A stretch of 64,000 nt of DNA. Source: Euprymna scolopes. Its lineage: Eukaryota. The DNA lies in NCBI GenBank assembly GCA_053919585.1, contig CM132786.1, one strand, 5' to 3'. The position numbers and the translations under genes are program-made. Below the pieces are notes generated by a model. The model had not been told where the DNA came from and ran no database searches. It was given only the letters and a program-made list of their open reading frames with translations. Position 1 is the stretch's first letter, and the number at the start of each line of letters is the position of its first letter. Positions 13,834-26,199 of this stretch are shown here, one piece after another.

Positions 13834-16390
13834 ACTCGTGGCTTTTTACATACTTCTTTCTCCAAATTTACAAAAGAAAAACGGGGACAAAAGAAACAAA
13901 ACAACACACTAAAGATGGAGTATACCCCTGATATATATTTGTTATTAATTTCAAATAAGTAAACCATTTGATTAGTTTCATAATATTACGTTATATTCTG
14001 CGTTCAACAGCACTTGGTGCGTATTTTATTTTATCCAAATTAATACCACGTGGTTATATGAACTCTGATCCTTGACGTTATTCTCCTATTGTCTAAGCAA
14101 ATTCCAAGCATTTCAAAATGCAACCGCTAAAAACAACGCCCGGTTGTTTACAAACCTTGTTGTTTTCCAAATTTAAAACATAGCAACAAAACGAAAACGG
14201 GGGAAAAGCACACTGAAGATGTAATATGCTCTAGGTTATATTTGTGTATAATATTATACAAGTAAAATATGTGTTTATTTTCCTTATATTACGCTGTGTT
14301 TGGGTTTCAAACGCTATCGATGCGTTTTTATTTTATTTTATTCAAATTAAAACAACGTATCCATATGAAATCTCATCATTTACGTTATTCTCACGTTGCC
14401 TATGACAATTCCAAGCATTACAAAATACAACCACGAAAAAAAACAAAAACATACGGCTTCTTACAAAAAATACTTCTTTCTCCAAATTCACAAACTGATA
14501 ATAAAAAAGAGGAAAAATTAATAAAAGAGTGAGTATACGTCTGAAATATATTTGTGATCAATTTCAACAAGTAAAATATTTTTATATTTTCATAATGTTA
14601 CGTTGTCTATTGCTATCAAGCGAACTTCTTGCGTATTTTATTTTATTCAAATTAAAACCACGTTTCTATATGAATTCTTGTCCTTGCCGTTATTCCCGCG
14701 TGCCCCACGCACAGTTAAGACATTTCAAAATAGAAACCAGTCGCGGCTCTTTACCAGCGGACGTCTTCTTCTAAAGTTGAAACTTGGCCAATAAGAAGAA
14801 AAGGAAAAAAGAAACACACCTGCCTACTGAAGAGTGAGTATACTTCTAAAATACATTTGTGATGAACTTCAAACAAGTAAAATATGCGTGTATTTTCCTA
14901 ATATTACGTTGTATTTTGCTTTCAAGCGCACTTGATGCGGATTTTTTAATTCAAATTAATACAACGTTTCTATATGAACTCTAAACCTTGACGTCATTCC
15001 CGCGTTGCCTACGCACAGTTCAAACATTTCAAAATACACCCGCTAGAAGCAACGCATAGCTCTTTACAAACATACTTCTTTCTTTAAATTTACATCATGG
15101 CAAGGAAGCAGTAAAAGGAAACAAAAAACAAAACAAAACAAAAGAACACACTGAAGATAGACTATACCTCTAAAGTATATTTGTGATGAATTTTAACATA
15201 AAATATGTGTTTATTTTTTAATATTATACTGTATTTGAATTTCAAGGTAAATGTATACGTTTTTTTTCATTCCAGTTAAACCAACGTGTCTATATTAACT
15301 CACCTCATTGACGTTATTCTCCGTTACTTATGCGCAATTCAAACATTTCCAAATACAACCACTAGTAACAACACTCGGCTCTTTTCAAACAGAGTTCTTC
15401 ATCAAAATTTACAAAATCGCAAGGAAGAAGAAAAGAAAAACAGACACAAAACAACCAACTGGGGATGAAGTATACCTCTCTTATATTTTGTGTATATTTC
15501 ATACGAGTAAGATATTTATATGTTTTCTTAATATTACGTTGTCTACGGCTTTCAAGAACACTTGAAACCTTTTGTTATTTTATTCCAATTAAAACAACCT
15601 TTCATATGGACTCTCATTATTGACGTAATTCCCGCGTTGCCTACGCAAATTTCAAATATTTCAAAATACAACGGCAAGAAAGAACGCACGGCTTCTTACA
15701 AACATATTTCTTTCTCCAAATTTGCAAAGTGGTAATTGAGAAAAAAAGGTGAAAAAGAAACAAAACAACACATTGAAGAGGAGTATATCTCTGTAATATA
15801 TTTTGGTAAATTTTAAACAAATAAAATATTCATTTGCAAAATATTATTGTATTTGGCTTCAAATCGCACGTGAAGCGCTTTTATTTCATTCAAATAAAAA
15901 AAATGTCCATATGAACTCTTCTCATCATTTACGTTATTATTGCGTTGCATACACACAGTTCAAACATTTCAAATTACAACCGTTAGAAACATCGCGGGAC
16001 TCTTTACGAACAGACTTCTTTTTTTTCCAAATTTACAACATGGCAAGAAGAAGAAAAAGAAAAAAAGAAACAAAACAAGACACTAAATATGGAGTATACC
16101 TTTGAATGTATTTGAGTATAATTTTAAAAAAAGTAAAATATGTGTTGTTTTTTTAAATAATATTACGTTGTATTTGGCTTTGTAGCGCAGTTGATGCGTT
16201 TTTTTATGAATAGTAACACATCTTTTTATATGCACTCTTATCCTTGACGTTATTCTAGCGTTGCCTACGCATTTCTCGAACATTTCAAAATACAAGCGCT
16301 TACAACAACGCGCGGCTCTGTACAAAAAATACTTCTTTCGAGAAATTTACAAAATAGCCAAAAATAAGATAAGGAAAAATAGAAACAAAA

Positions 16391-16435
16391 CAACACACTG
16401 AAGATGGAGCATACCTCAGAAATATATTTGTGTTG
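16391..16435 (+). ncRNA. Minimal type I hammerhead ribozyme motif (best array copy)
   Basis: CAACACA-CTGAAGA-T-GGAG-CATAC-CTCA-GAAA-TATA-TT-TGTGTTG. Perfect 7-bp helix I, intact CUGANGA and GAAA, GAG/CTC helix II, palindromic loop 3. Predicted cleavage 3' of 16428. Confidence 0.8.
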
Positions 16436-19075
16436 AATTTCAAACACGTACTATATTTGTTTATTTTCTTTATAGAAGGTTGTATATGGCTTTCAAGCGC
16501 ACGATTGGTTCTTTTACTATTTTATTCAAATTAAAACAACGTTTCTATATGAAATCTAATCTTTGACGTCCTTCTCGCGTTGCTTTCGCAGAGTGCAAAT
16601 ATTTTAAAATACAACCGCTAAAAACAACACACAATCCTTATCAAACAGATTTCTCACTCAAATGTACAGCGTTGTAAGTAAGGAGAAAAGAAAAAAAGGA
16701 AAAAAAAACATACAGAAAATGGAGTATACCCTTGAAATATATTTGTGATGAATTTAAAACGAATAAAATATGTGTTAATTTTCCTTTTATTACCTTGTAT
16801 TTGGCACGAAAGCGAACTTAATGCATGTTTTATTTTATCTCAATTAAACCATTTCTATACGAATTCTCACCTTTGACTTTATTCTTGCCTTGCGCAATCA
16901 CAGTTCAAACATTTCAAAATAGAAATCAGTCTCCGCTCTTTATCATCAGACTTCTTTTTCTCAAATTTACAACATGGCAGGGAAGAAGAAAAGGAAAAAC
17001 ACAACAACATACTGAAGACGGAGAATACGTCTGGTACACATTGGTGATAAATTTCAACCAAATAAAATATTTGTTTGTGTTCCTAATATTACGTTGTATT
17101 TTGCATTTACGCGCACTCGATAGTTTTTTTTTATTTATTCAAATAAAAACAATGTTTCTATATGAACTGTTATTCTTGACCTTCTTCTCGCGTTGCCTAC
17201 GCATAGTTCAAAAATGTCAAACAACAACCGCTAGAAACAACGCGAGATTCTTTACAAACATACTTCATTTTTCAAATTTACAACACGTGGAGGAAGAAGA
17301 AAGGGAAACACCACAAAAACACACTGAAGATCGAGTATACCTCTAAAATATATTTGTTATACATTTCAAACAAGTAAAATATTTGTTTGTTTTGCTAATA
17401 TTACGCTGTATTTTAATTGTTAGCGCCCTTTGGCTTTTAAACGCACTCGATACGTATTTTATTTTATTCTTAATGTATCGTTGTCAACGGCTGGTTGCCG
17501 ATCACTACGTTCATCCTCTTAAAAAATCTCGTTGCCACCACGAAATTTATTAAACTATTATTGTTCGGTGCGTGCAGTAGTAGTTTTTATGCAACACACT
17601 TTGGTTATATCGCAAGCTTTGTCAGCAGATTTTTGACCTAGCTTGTATTAAAAATATATAAAGTGTGAATTTATTTTTTCGAGTTTGTATTAAACATTGT
17701 ACCAAGCACCAATTGCTTTTTAAAACATTGTGATTTAAAGGTATCGATAGAAAGCAACACACTTGTTAAAAATGATATATAAATTAACGGCAGTTAACGA
17801 AATCTTATTTGGAAATAAACTGTACATTCTTCTCAACCTTATAGGTGACTATAATTTTTCGAAAGGTCATTGATTGTGCAAGTCAATTTTTTAAAATTGA
17901 ACATTATATGTGATTTGTATGTTTAACTTATTTTTATAGTATTTTCTTTTAGATAATATTTGTGACCTTTTACTTGTAACTTGTCAATTATATTGTTGGC
18001 AAATAGTTTGTTTCATGCAGTATTTTTTATGTATTTTGATTAATTGAATACATATTTCGTGAAATAATTGTTTATGGTGTCTAACTTCGTTATTTTGTTG
18101 AACTTGTTTTGCTTACCTATATATGTTTGTTTAATATATCATGCATAACTGCATGATATGTCTAGACTGCTTCAAAAAATAAAATCGAACGTGCATCCGT
18201 TTTGTTGTAGTAAATCTGTTAGCACTTTTCTCCAATTAAGAATATGGTTGATGCAAATGTCAATATGACGAAATTTGTAAATGATAATTGTAAAAACCAA
18301 AACAAGTCGTCCTTCACCTTTGAATAAAGTCATCTGATTTTTACGATAACTTTGCTATCATCAATATTTTAACAGAAAACACTGCTCTTACTACAAAAAA
18401 TAGCATGCTATTGTGTCTATGCTGACGATTGAAACAAGACTGACACGATTGAAACTATCAAATATCTATAAAAGCTGAACGTGGCTGACGATAAAATAAC
18501 ATAACACTTAAAAACTTGGCATTAAATTGACTTACAGATAAAAGAAATATATTACGTATACATCCATATCCTTTCACAGTTTACGGGGAAATTATGAACG
18601 TGATTTTGGGTGTGGCGCGTATTTTTTAAGTCTATGCTAAAAGCAAACACATTGGAACCGCATTTATCAAAATAGAAAAGGCATGAAATTGTGAAATGCA
18701 TGGAAATCCATACAAACGCTTGTCTCACTTAAAAGATTAAGCTGACGTTGACCCAAGACAAACTTTGTGTAAAGACACATGAGATGTGGTGAATGCGATA
18801 TATCCAACAGTAAAGAATATTACAAGCACATAGTTTTAACAAATATATTAATAAAATCAGTGACGATGATATTGTTCAGGTTAAAATAAGAAGAGGTATT
18901 GGAAATATAGCGTTATAATCAGAAACACTCATCAATTAAACTAGTACTCTATCACACTTTTCTCTCTTACACGCATGCATATTATATTCTATTTGCATCT
19001 CTGTGCATTTGTTTCATATACAGGGTTTTCAAAAATTCATATGGCTTACGCACAGATATATATATATATATATTC

Positions 19076-19124
<49 letters not shown>

Positions 19125-20832
19125 AAGTAACGAGCTGTTTTAACAAATGATACATGGACATAAAACTTCAAGAACGTGCATGCCTGAATTACAAAGTGGT
19201 TTATATCAGTAAATATCTAGATTTAAGCTAATGAATACTTCCACGAAGAAAAACAGGGTGATTAGAATAGAGAATACTGCAGGAACATATGCCAAACAAC
19301 TACGTGTTTGATAAGAGCATCTTACACTAATTGATGGCAAAATTGTTACGGACACTTATATACATTCCGAAAGGATTAAGATAACAACCAATGACTTATC
19401 TTGAACACCTTATCCTGCAATAAAGACATAGGGAAAATTGATCATTACTTATAGGAGTATGAGAAAATCACCATGGACTTTTGTTACTATGGCTAAGACA
19501 ACCGCATATTCATTTCATTCTTTTTGAATCTCTAACGCGTATCCATTAATGTCTCCTACGCTTTTATATAGATAAATGTGGTTCTCGCTTAATTAACTGT
19601 GTCTAACTGTGTCGGATAAAGACTAAAGTTTCAAAACAATGGAAAGCATATTATTTTGGCATACCCATTCGTGACTTCATAAGGTGAAGCAGAAAATTCT
19701 TTTTACCGTCCCATTGACCTATATAAGTCTGCCAAGTACTAAGTGTGCGAATTAATGAATACAATACACTACAATGTAAAACAAATATTACAACATTTTG
19801 TTAAAACCGTTCTATTGATATAAGAAATCGTAAGAAAAATGAACGAAGTCGGTCCAAGAACTCTATTAAAATGAGTACATTTTAAACATAGATAAAATTA
19901 TCATGCACCAAAAATAAACCTACAAAGAAGTTATCCTTTATAGATGATATTAAAATGGCTGCTTGACCGATTTGATAAGAAAAATAGAGAGCATAATTGA
20001 TTTTAAAAATTTACATCAAATGACCTTCTATTATAGTTATACAGTCTAGTAATCATCCAGGGCTATATCTCATGTTCCGTAAATCCCAAGGCTCGAAATA
20101 TCATATACAGCCAAGTACTGTTTTAAAAACAGATTTTAATATAAAGATGGCATGCTTTTAATGCAGAGGTTTACGACGTTCGGCAATCTCTTTAGAGTGC
20201 AACTATCCTATTTGTATTGGAATCAGTCAAACAGGATATCAACCATAGACATACTAATACCCTGCCCCTATACAGTTAGTGGTAACAGTACTTGCATTAT
20301 ATTTGGAAGTGTGTGTTTTAATTCAATAATGTTTCTATTGAAATAGAATTGCTATTTCTTCTGTTCATGAACGAGTTACTTATTGTTTCATATTTTCTAA
20401 AATACGTGAAAGCACGACCTCTTAGAGCTAAGATATAATCCAATGAACACAGAAATTAGGGTCGTGTAGTTCTACATTGTTCCGATTAAAACATTCATTG
20501 GAGTTTAGTAGAGCGACCTCCCTCGCTTAAGCGAAGACGGTGTTGATGTGAGATTGATGTAATTGTTGTCTAACAGTACTCAAACTCTCCATGGATAATA
20601 AGCGTTATGGGCCGAATACCGGGCGATAGTTGACGATCCTCCCTTCTTGCTGGTTGTTTTGTAAAAAAGATTAGTGTAATTTGGTCTCATTCATCTGCAG
20701 TAAGCCACAAGTTGACGATAGAAAAATTATTGTCTGGGGCAATTCCGTCCATTATAGGTAGTTTGATAAAATTCGCGCCCTTAGCTTACTATATTCCGAA
20801 AGAAAATGTTGAGTATAACCCGACCCCCCCAC

Positions 20833-21230
20833 TTTTTTTTTTTACACGGTGGTCACCACTTATCAAGGACCGGAAGCCGCGCACGGATAAGTGTTATTGC
20901 AAGTACAGAACGTTAATGTGGAGATTTGATGAAGTGTTTACTTAAGCGGGCGGTTCATTAGGAATTTGTAAACGGTGGACTTGAAGACATCGAAGTTGTA
21001 GTCAGATGGGAAGCAGGCAGACGGAACAGAGTTCCACAGGCGTGCAATTCTAAGAAACAGCTTTGTTCATTGAATCTCCGTTTTGATTTAGGCACATATT
21101 AAGAGTGGGGGGAATGTTTCACAGTGGATTCAGCTAGACAGGTGTTTTTCGTGAAAGATTCGCGAGGGGGGACCAGAGGTTGGAGTTCAAACGAGAACCT
21201 GCCATGGAAATAACGATAAAACAAGGATAT
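20833..21230 (-). mobile_element. CR1-group LINE 3' end (5'-truncated)
   Basis: Minus ORF SLFYRYFHGRFSFELQPLVPPRESFT, 3' stem CACTTATC/GATAAGTG (20857-20893) and a T11 tract (poly-A on the minus strand). Confidence 0.9.
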
Positions 21231-21244
21231 TATCCTACATGCAC

Positions 21245-22620
21245 ATATTAGTGATCGATCTGTTTCCCAGTAAAGGTTGGTTTTCGGCAAATTGATGTCA
21301 TATAATTTAATGAGGTTTTCGTTATCATTGCATCAAAGTAAGCTAAATTAACGTTGATGTAGCCCTCATAAGTATACTTTAATATGGGATGCATTTTGTT
21401 GAGTAAAAGGAATATGTTTTTGTCTCCGCCTGATTATTAAATATATCATCTCCGTATCGAAAGTAGACAAACGTTTTTATTGGTTCAGATATTTTTTTTT
21501 CATATAAACCCACAAATATATTCTTATTATTGGTCAGAACCGATTGCCACATCATCTATTTGTGATGCATTATATTTCTGACACTGAATTAAACCGATCT
21601 TATGAGAAATTTCATTTATTCAGTAAATATATTTTCAAAAATAGGGGCACAAATGAATAATTTCCTAATATCACAACAGCACCTTAATTTATTGGCGCCT
21701 TTATAATTTTACATTAAATTAGCAAACTCAAATCATTTTTACGCAGTATTTTATATAATAATTCGCAAGTGGTTGTAAAATGTTAAAGATCCATTTTGCA
21801 ACCTTGTGTTGTGCAGACTAACATAGAAAGAATAAGCCTGAAAAGAATATCCGTTTTATGGGTTTTATGTAAGGCATACAGCCTGGGGCGGGTAGAGGTC
21901 TGGTCTCTTTAGCTATGTCACAAGGGAGTACACCACTACTAATTTATCTTGAAATTTAGATTGTAAGGAAGCAGTGGAATCATGATTATTAACAGGACTT
22001 AATTTAATACATTTTTCAGTGTCATCAAGGATCACCGACATTTTATCAACATAATTATGATGATTTAGTGCCACCACTCCCAAGCCCTTATCCGGTCTAG
22101 TTATAACTAGATATGTATTATTTTCTATAGCCTTAATGACAGCAAAGTGTTTTTTGCGCCATTTACACTCAGAAAGGGATACTAGTGTACTCGCATATTT
22201 ATGAGCCAGGTTATTAAATCTTGCTTTTAGGTCCCTTGCCTTGGTTTCAGAGACTCGTTGAAGCCTCATTGCCAGAGCATTACATATTTCAAATTATGAA
22301 AATTATTTCTTAAAATTTACCAGAAGGTGGCACACAAAATATATAAACCGTGATCCAGTACAAATACCTCAGCAGGAGACTGTTTTTTAGAACTAATTAA
22401 GGACATTTTTACCTGTATTTGAATTTGTTGACAAACCAAACTTTGTATGCATTAACTGCTGCAATTTTTTATTAAATTGAAGTGTAAGCTTTTTACGACC
22501 ACGCTCTTGTAATATTGCTATATACCGCGAAAAACGCCCTATCACAGCAAGCAAGAACATACTTGGGTATAATGTGTTCAAAATGTTCTAGATAGAATGC
22601 TAAACATTTTGAATAAATGC
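21245..22620 (-). mobile_element. Penelope-like element (PLE) reverse transcriptase pseudogene
   Basis: Minus strand gives VITRPDKGLGVVALN..YVDKM (PLE DKG motif), RPRLYALHKTHK (cf. PxLYGLPKxHK), QIDDVAIGS (cf. QIDGVAMGS) and YFRYGDDIF (cf. YFRYVDD). The 3' GIY-YIG region is absent, cut at the LINE. Confidence 0.85.
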
Positions 22621-22926
22621 ATTCTGTATTTTATGTGCTAAAGGTAATTTCGTTTTTTTTATTTTCAATATAATATATGAAGGAGTTACATTATTTTTAA
22701 CACAATACTGTAGAAATAGTAGTTCTTCTTGCGTTGACCTTATTTTACATTTTACCAGGGGAATAGAGTGTAATTTCCTAATTTAACCCGGATTGTACCG
22801 AGTCTCACGATATTTCATTATTTTGGGGTGGGTACAAAACTTTGTTATAGCTATGAAAAATAGAAGACTGTTTGTTTTTGTTGTATCTATGCTAAAAAGA
22901 AGGAGGAGGGAAACCATTTAATGAAA

Positions 22927-22972
<46 letters not shown>

Positions 22973-23455
22973 TTTCGTTCATTTATAATATACAATCAAC
23001 ATTCAAATGAATGATTTGACGATAATTACGGTTTTCAAAAGGCGAACAATTAAAATATACATCTGCCTCACTTAAAAGTGCTAGGTTTATTTATGGTGTA
23101 TTTTACATTAAAAAAAAACAATAATTTTGCTGATGAGGAGACTTTGTATTTAAAAAAAAACTATATGTCAAAATTATTCTCCGTTACTTTATGTCTATCA
23201 CAATGAAAACATCGTTTCCGAAACGATCGTACAAATTATTGACTTTGTTGTTGCTTCTTATGAAACAGATTTAAAAATTGTTATTCTAATTTACATTTNN
23301 NNNNNNNNNNNNNNNNNNNNNNNNNNNNNNNNNNNNNNNNNNNNNNNNNNNNNNNNNNNNNNNNNNNNNNNNNNNNNNNNNNNNNNNNNNNNNNNNNNNN
23401 NNNNNNNNNNNNNNNNNNNNNNNNNNNNNNNNNNNNNNNNNNNNNNNNNNNNNNG

Positions 23456-25063
23456 ACTCTAGTGACAGACTATTATAGAATTGCCTCGTTTTTGACGCAT
23501 ACCGAGTAAATTCTCTGAAGAGTGCAAGCAGATAAAGAAGACAAGGAAAAACTTCTGCTCAGTATCGTCAGAGATGACAGTAACATCAAACACATCCTAT
23601 TGAGGAGGTTCTTCTCCCATTACAAGATGAAGTTGATCTCACTGACTATCTTGCTACCCACACTCTAGAGCACAACAGGGGATCCCCCAAACTGATCATC
23701 ACAACTATTTATGGATACACTAAGAGCAACAAAGACCTGGTCTTTGAAGTAAATTACCATGAGAAAGCAGACAGGCTGCTGATTCACCAGGGTCTGCCAT
23801 CTTCACTTCAAAACCCACCTGTTGCAAAGTTTGTATTTTTCTCCCCAGACACGAAGTTATAGTACGTATCATAGCAAACTATGGCCTATTGCTGAAGCAC
23901 GTCCATTTCTATGACCTCTGGTGTTATACAAATTGCACCACTGTGGCGAGCTTAAGTTAAAGAAAGGCAAACGCTTTCCCAGCCGGAAACTGGGGGCGAA
24001 AACACAGGGAGGTTCACCCATATATGCAAGAAATCCTTGATGCAGATCTACCTCAAAGCAGATGGAGATGTTGGCAATGCTCTGCAAATCCTTATGGATG
24101 AAGCAGAATTGAGAGAGGGAATGCTGTCAAAACTGGAGTCCTTTTCATGTGCAGCTTACTCGCGAAATGGGATCACCATAAGAACAATCCCTGAACGGCA
24201 ATAGCATCTGTTCTGCAAGCATAGGGCAGAAAGTGGCAGGCTCCCTCAAACACCTGGAGCTCCTAAGCAGCATATTATTAGAATCCATGTCCAAGCCAGT
24301 GTATGGACACAAGCAGTAATAGCTCTGCAGATTTCATAACTGGATCCCCTGGAATATGTGTACTTCAAACAATTGGATGACATCCTGAAATCACTGACCA
24401 CAGAAAACTTCCAAACCCCTAAGGCAATCCTTCAGATGGTTACATGCACATATATATTTGACTGTTCTTCTTGCAGATTGTTTCTGCAGGTCTAAAGACT
24501 TAGCCTGTACTGACATGTGCCAGTGCAGCAGCAGTGCGAAAACGATACAGATTCCCAAGCTGTGATATATTAAAATGATGGTGATGATGATGTTGATGAT
24601 GATTATGCATAGACTATGATTAAACATCTCATTGTGTTTACAATGGTTGCACAAATATTCAAAGTTTGCAGTTAAAGGCATTTCCATAAAAATAACTCTA
24701 ATTTAGTATCTGATTAAATGTCAGAGTTGTTAAGATTTTTACCCATATGGTGGATTATGTGTTTCAATGGGGGGTTACAAAAGGTGAAATAATAATTGGA
24801 CCGTTGACTTACTTGACACTGAAAATGTAGGTTTAACAGTTAAAACCAGTGCTCCAGCTTATTTAGAAGCCGAGATATTACAAAACGTACATCTTGCGGC
24901 GACCATTTTGACAATCAATATGGCTGCCATATCCACATCTGTGCAAATGCAAACATTGGTTTTCTGATTCCTGAGACAACAAATCTTTCCAAAAATCTAT
25001 AGGTTTGCAAATCTCCAAGAAGTTCCCACAAAAGTTTAAATTGTGCCATTAGGAACCTGACTA
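23456..25063 (+). mobile_element. Academ-type DNA transposon 3' remnant (XPG/PIN-like domain, Cys-rich finger, right terminus)
   Basis: Translates to LVFDAYRVNSLKS, HEKADRLLIH, SPDT.V and LPQTPGA..QHIIR, then CSSCRL.CRSKDLACTDMCQC. Ends GTGCCATTAGGAACCTGACTA, fitting the 5'-TAG..CTA-3' termini known for Academ. The left part is lost in the gap. Confidence 0.72.
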
Positions 25064-25172
25064 ATAGCTATGTCTAAGGATTAATTAGCTGAAAGTATTT
25101 CATTCAAATTCCCTGACTTATTGTTAACATGGAGCATGAGTTTCAACATATACCCAAAGAACACTGCTAGGG

Positions 25173-25173
<1 letters not shown>

Positions 25174-25215
<42 letters not shown>
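25174..25215. repeat. (CT)n microsatellite
   Basis: Directly visible. Confidence 0.95.
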
Positions 25216-25217
<2 letters not shown>

Positions 25218-25219
25218 GT

Positions 25220-25590
25220 GTGTTAAAAAGTACTTACACCTGTATATATCCTGTACATCTACTAGCCGCCAGTCTCCGATGTATGGAGTATTGTTGTCAA
25301 TTTGGGCTGATGCACCTTTTACTAGTAGCTCGTTCTTCGACAGGGACCAACATAGAGTCGCGAAAATTCTAGGTTCTGAACTATCATCCAAGCTACAGCC
25401 TCTGTGTAATCAAGGAAATGTTGTATCCGTGTGCCTGTTTTTCAAATAGTTTAATTGTGGATGCTCTGAGGAACTACAGGCCTTCAGGACCCCTCGACGT
25501 ATATACCAGCGATATACTTTACAATCATTAAAATACCACCCCTACACAGTAGGTATACCGAGAAAGAAAGCTTCCACTCTATTAGTTTCT
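25220..25590 (+). mobile_element. CR1-group LINE 3' fragment
   Basis: RCMEYCCQ and SKLQPLCNQGNVVSVCLFFK.FNCGCSEELQ; similar to the 4070-5235 subfamily. Confidence 0.7.
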
Positions 25591-26199
25591 NNNNNNNNNN
25601 NNNNNNNNNNNNNNNNNNNNNNNNNNNNNNNNNNNNNNNNNNNNNNNNNNNNNNNNNNNNNNNNNNNNNNNNNNNNNNNNNNNNNNNNNNNNNNNNNNNN
25701 NNNNNNNNNNNNNNNNNNCGCCCAATCATACAAAGTTAATTAACATATTTAGTAATAGATAAACTACTATATTTTGTGTGTTGTTTTTATTTAAAACACA
25801 CAAATTGTTTGAAGCGACTGGCGTGTACCCGTTAGAAACCAAACACCCTACTTCACCAAATAATCCAGACATGAACTAACCAATAAACATATATTTACTT
25901 GGAGTAAAAAAAGCGATTGTTTTTTTTTATTTCTTTAAATAATTAATAATAATAATGTAGTCTAATTGTTGAAAGAAATAATGAGAAGATTTGAAAATAG
26001 TTAAATGAATATTTTTTTACAGAAATACAGACAAGTAAGTTAATTGAGTAGAAACTCTACTCAACTTAAAACAATTAATGCTACGACTATCCCATTCGTA
26101 GAAGTAGATTCAGACTTACTGCATACTAAATCCTGCTTAGCGGAAAGCACGAGTCGATAATAAGAATCTGCGGGGGATCACCTTATCATCCACCCATTA

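Larger units (their letters stand above)
11902..17470 (+). repeat. Tandem array of ~311-bp monomers (about 15 units), each with a minimal type I hammerhead motif (retrozyme-like satellite); interrupted by a LINE at 12688-13833
   Basis: AAGTAAAATAT.TGTTTATTTTCCTAATATTACGTTG recurs every ~300-325 bp. HHR core positions: 12171, 12486, 13909, 14213, ~14523, 14827, 15151, 15459, 15773, 16083, 16398, 16713, 17012, 17324. Confidence 0.93.

Noticed and set aside
11902-17470. CRISPR array, or protein-coding repeat ORFs (e.g. 16825-17346, 173 aa)
   Set aside because: Whole monomers are homologous with no unique spacers and no cas genes, in a eukaryotic context. The ORFs are not conserved between monomers.
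18136-18165. Helitron 3' end (10-bp perfect hairpin followed by CTAG)
   Set aside because: The hairpin is AT-rich and only about 2 nt from CTAG, the next base is not T, and no 5' TC end or Rep/Hel sequence is seen.
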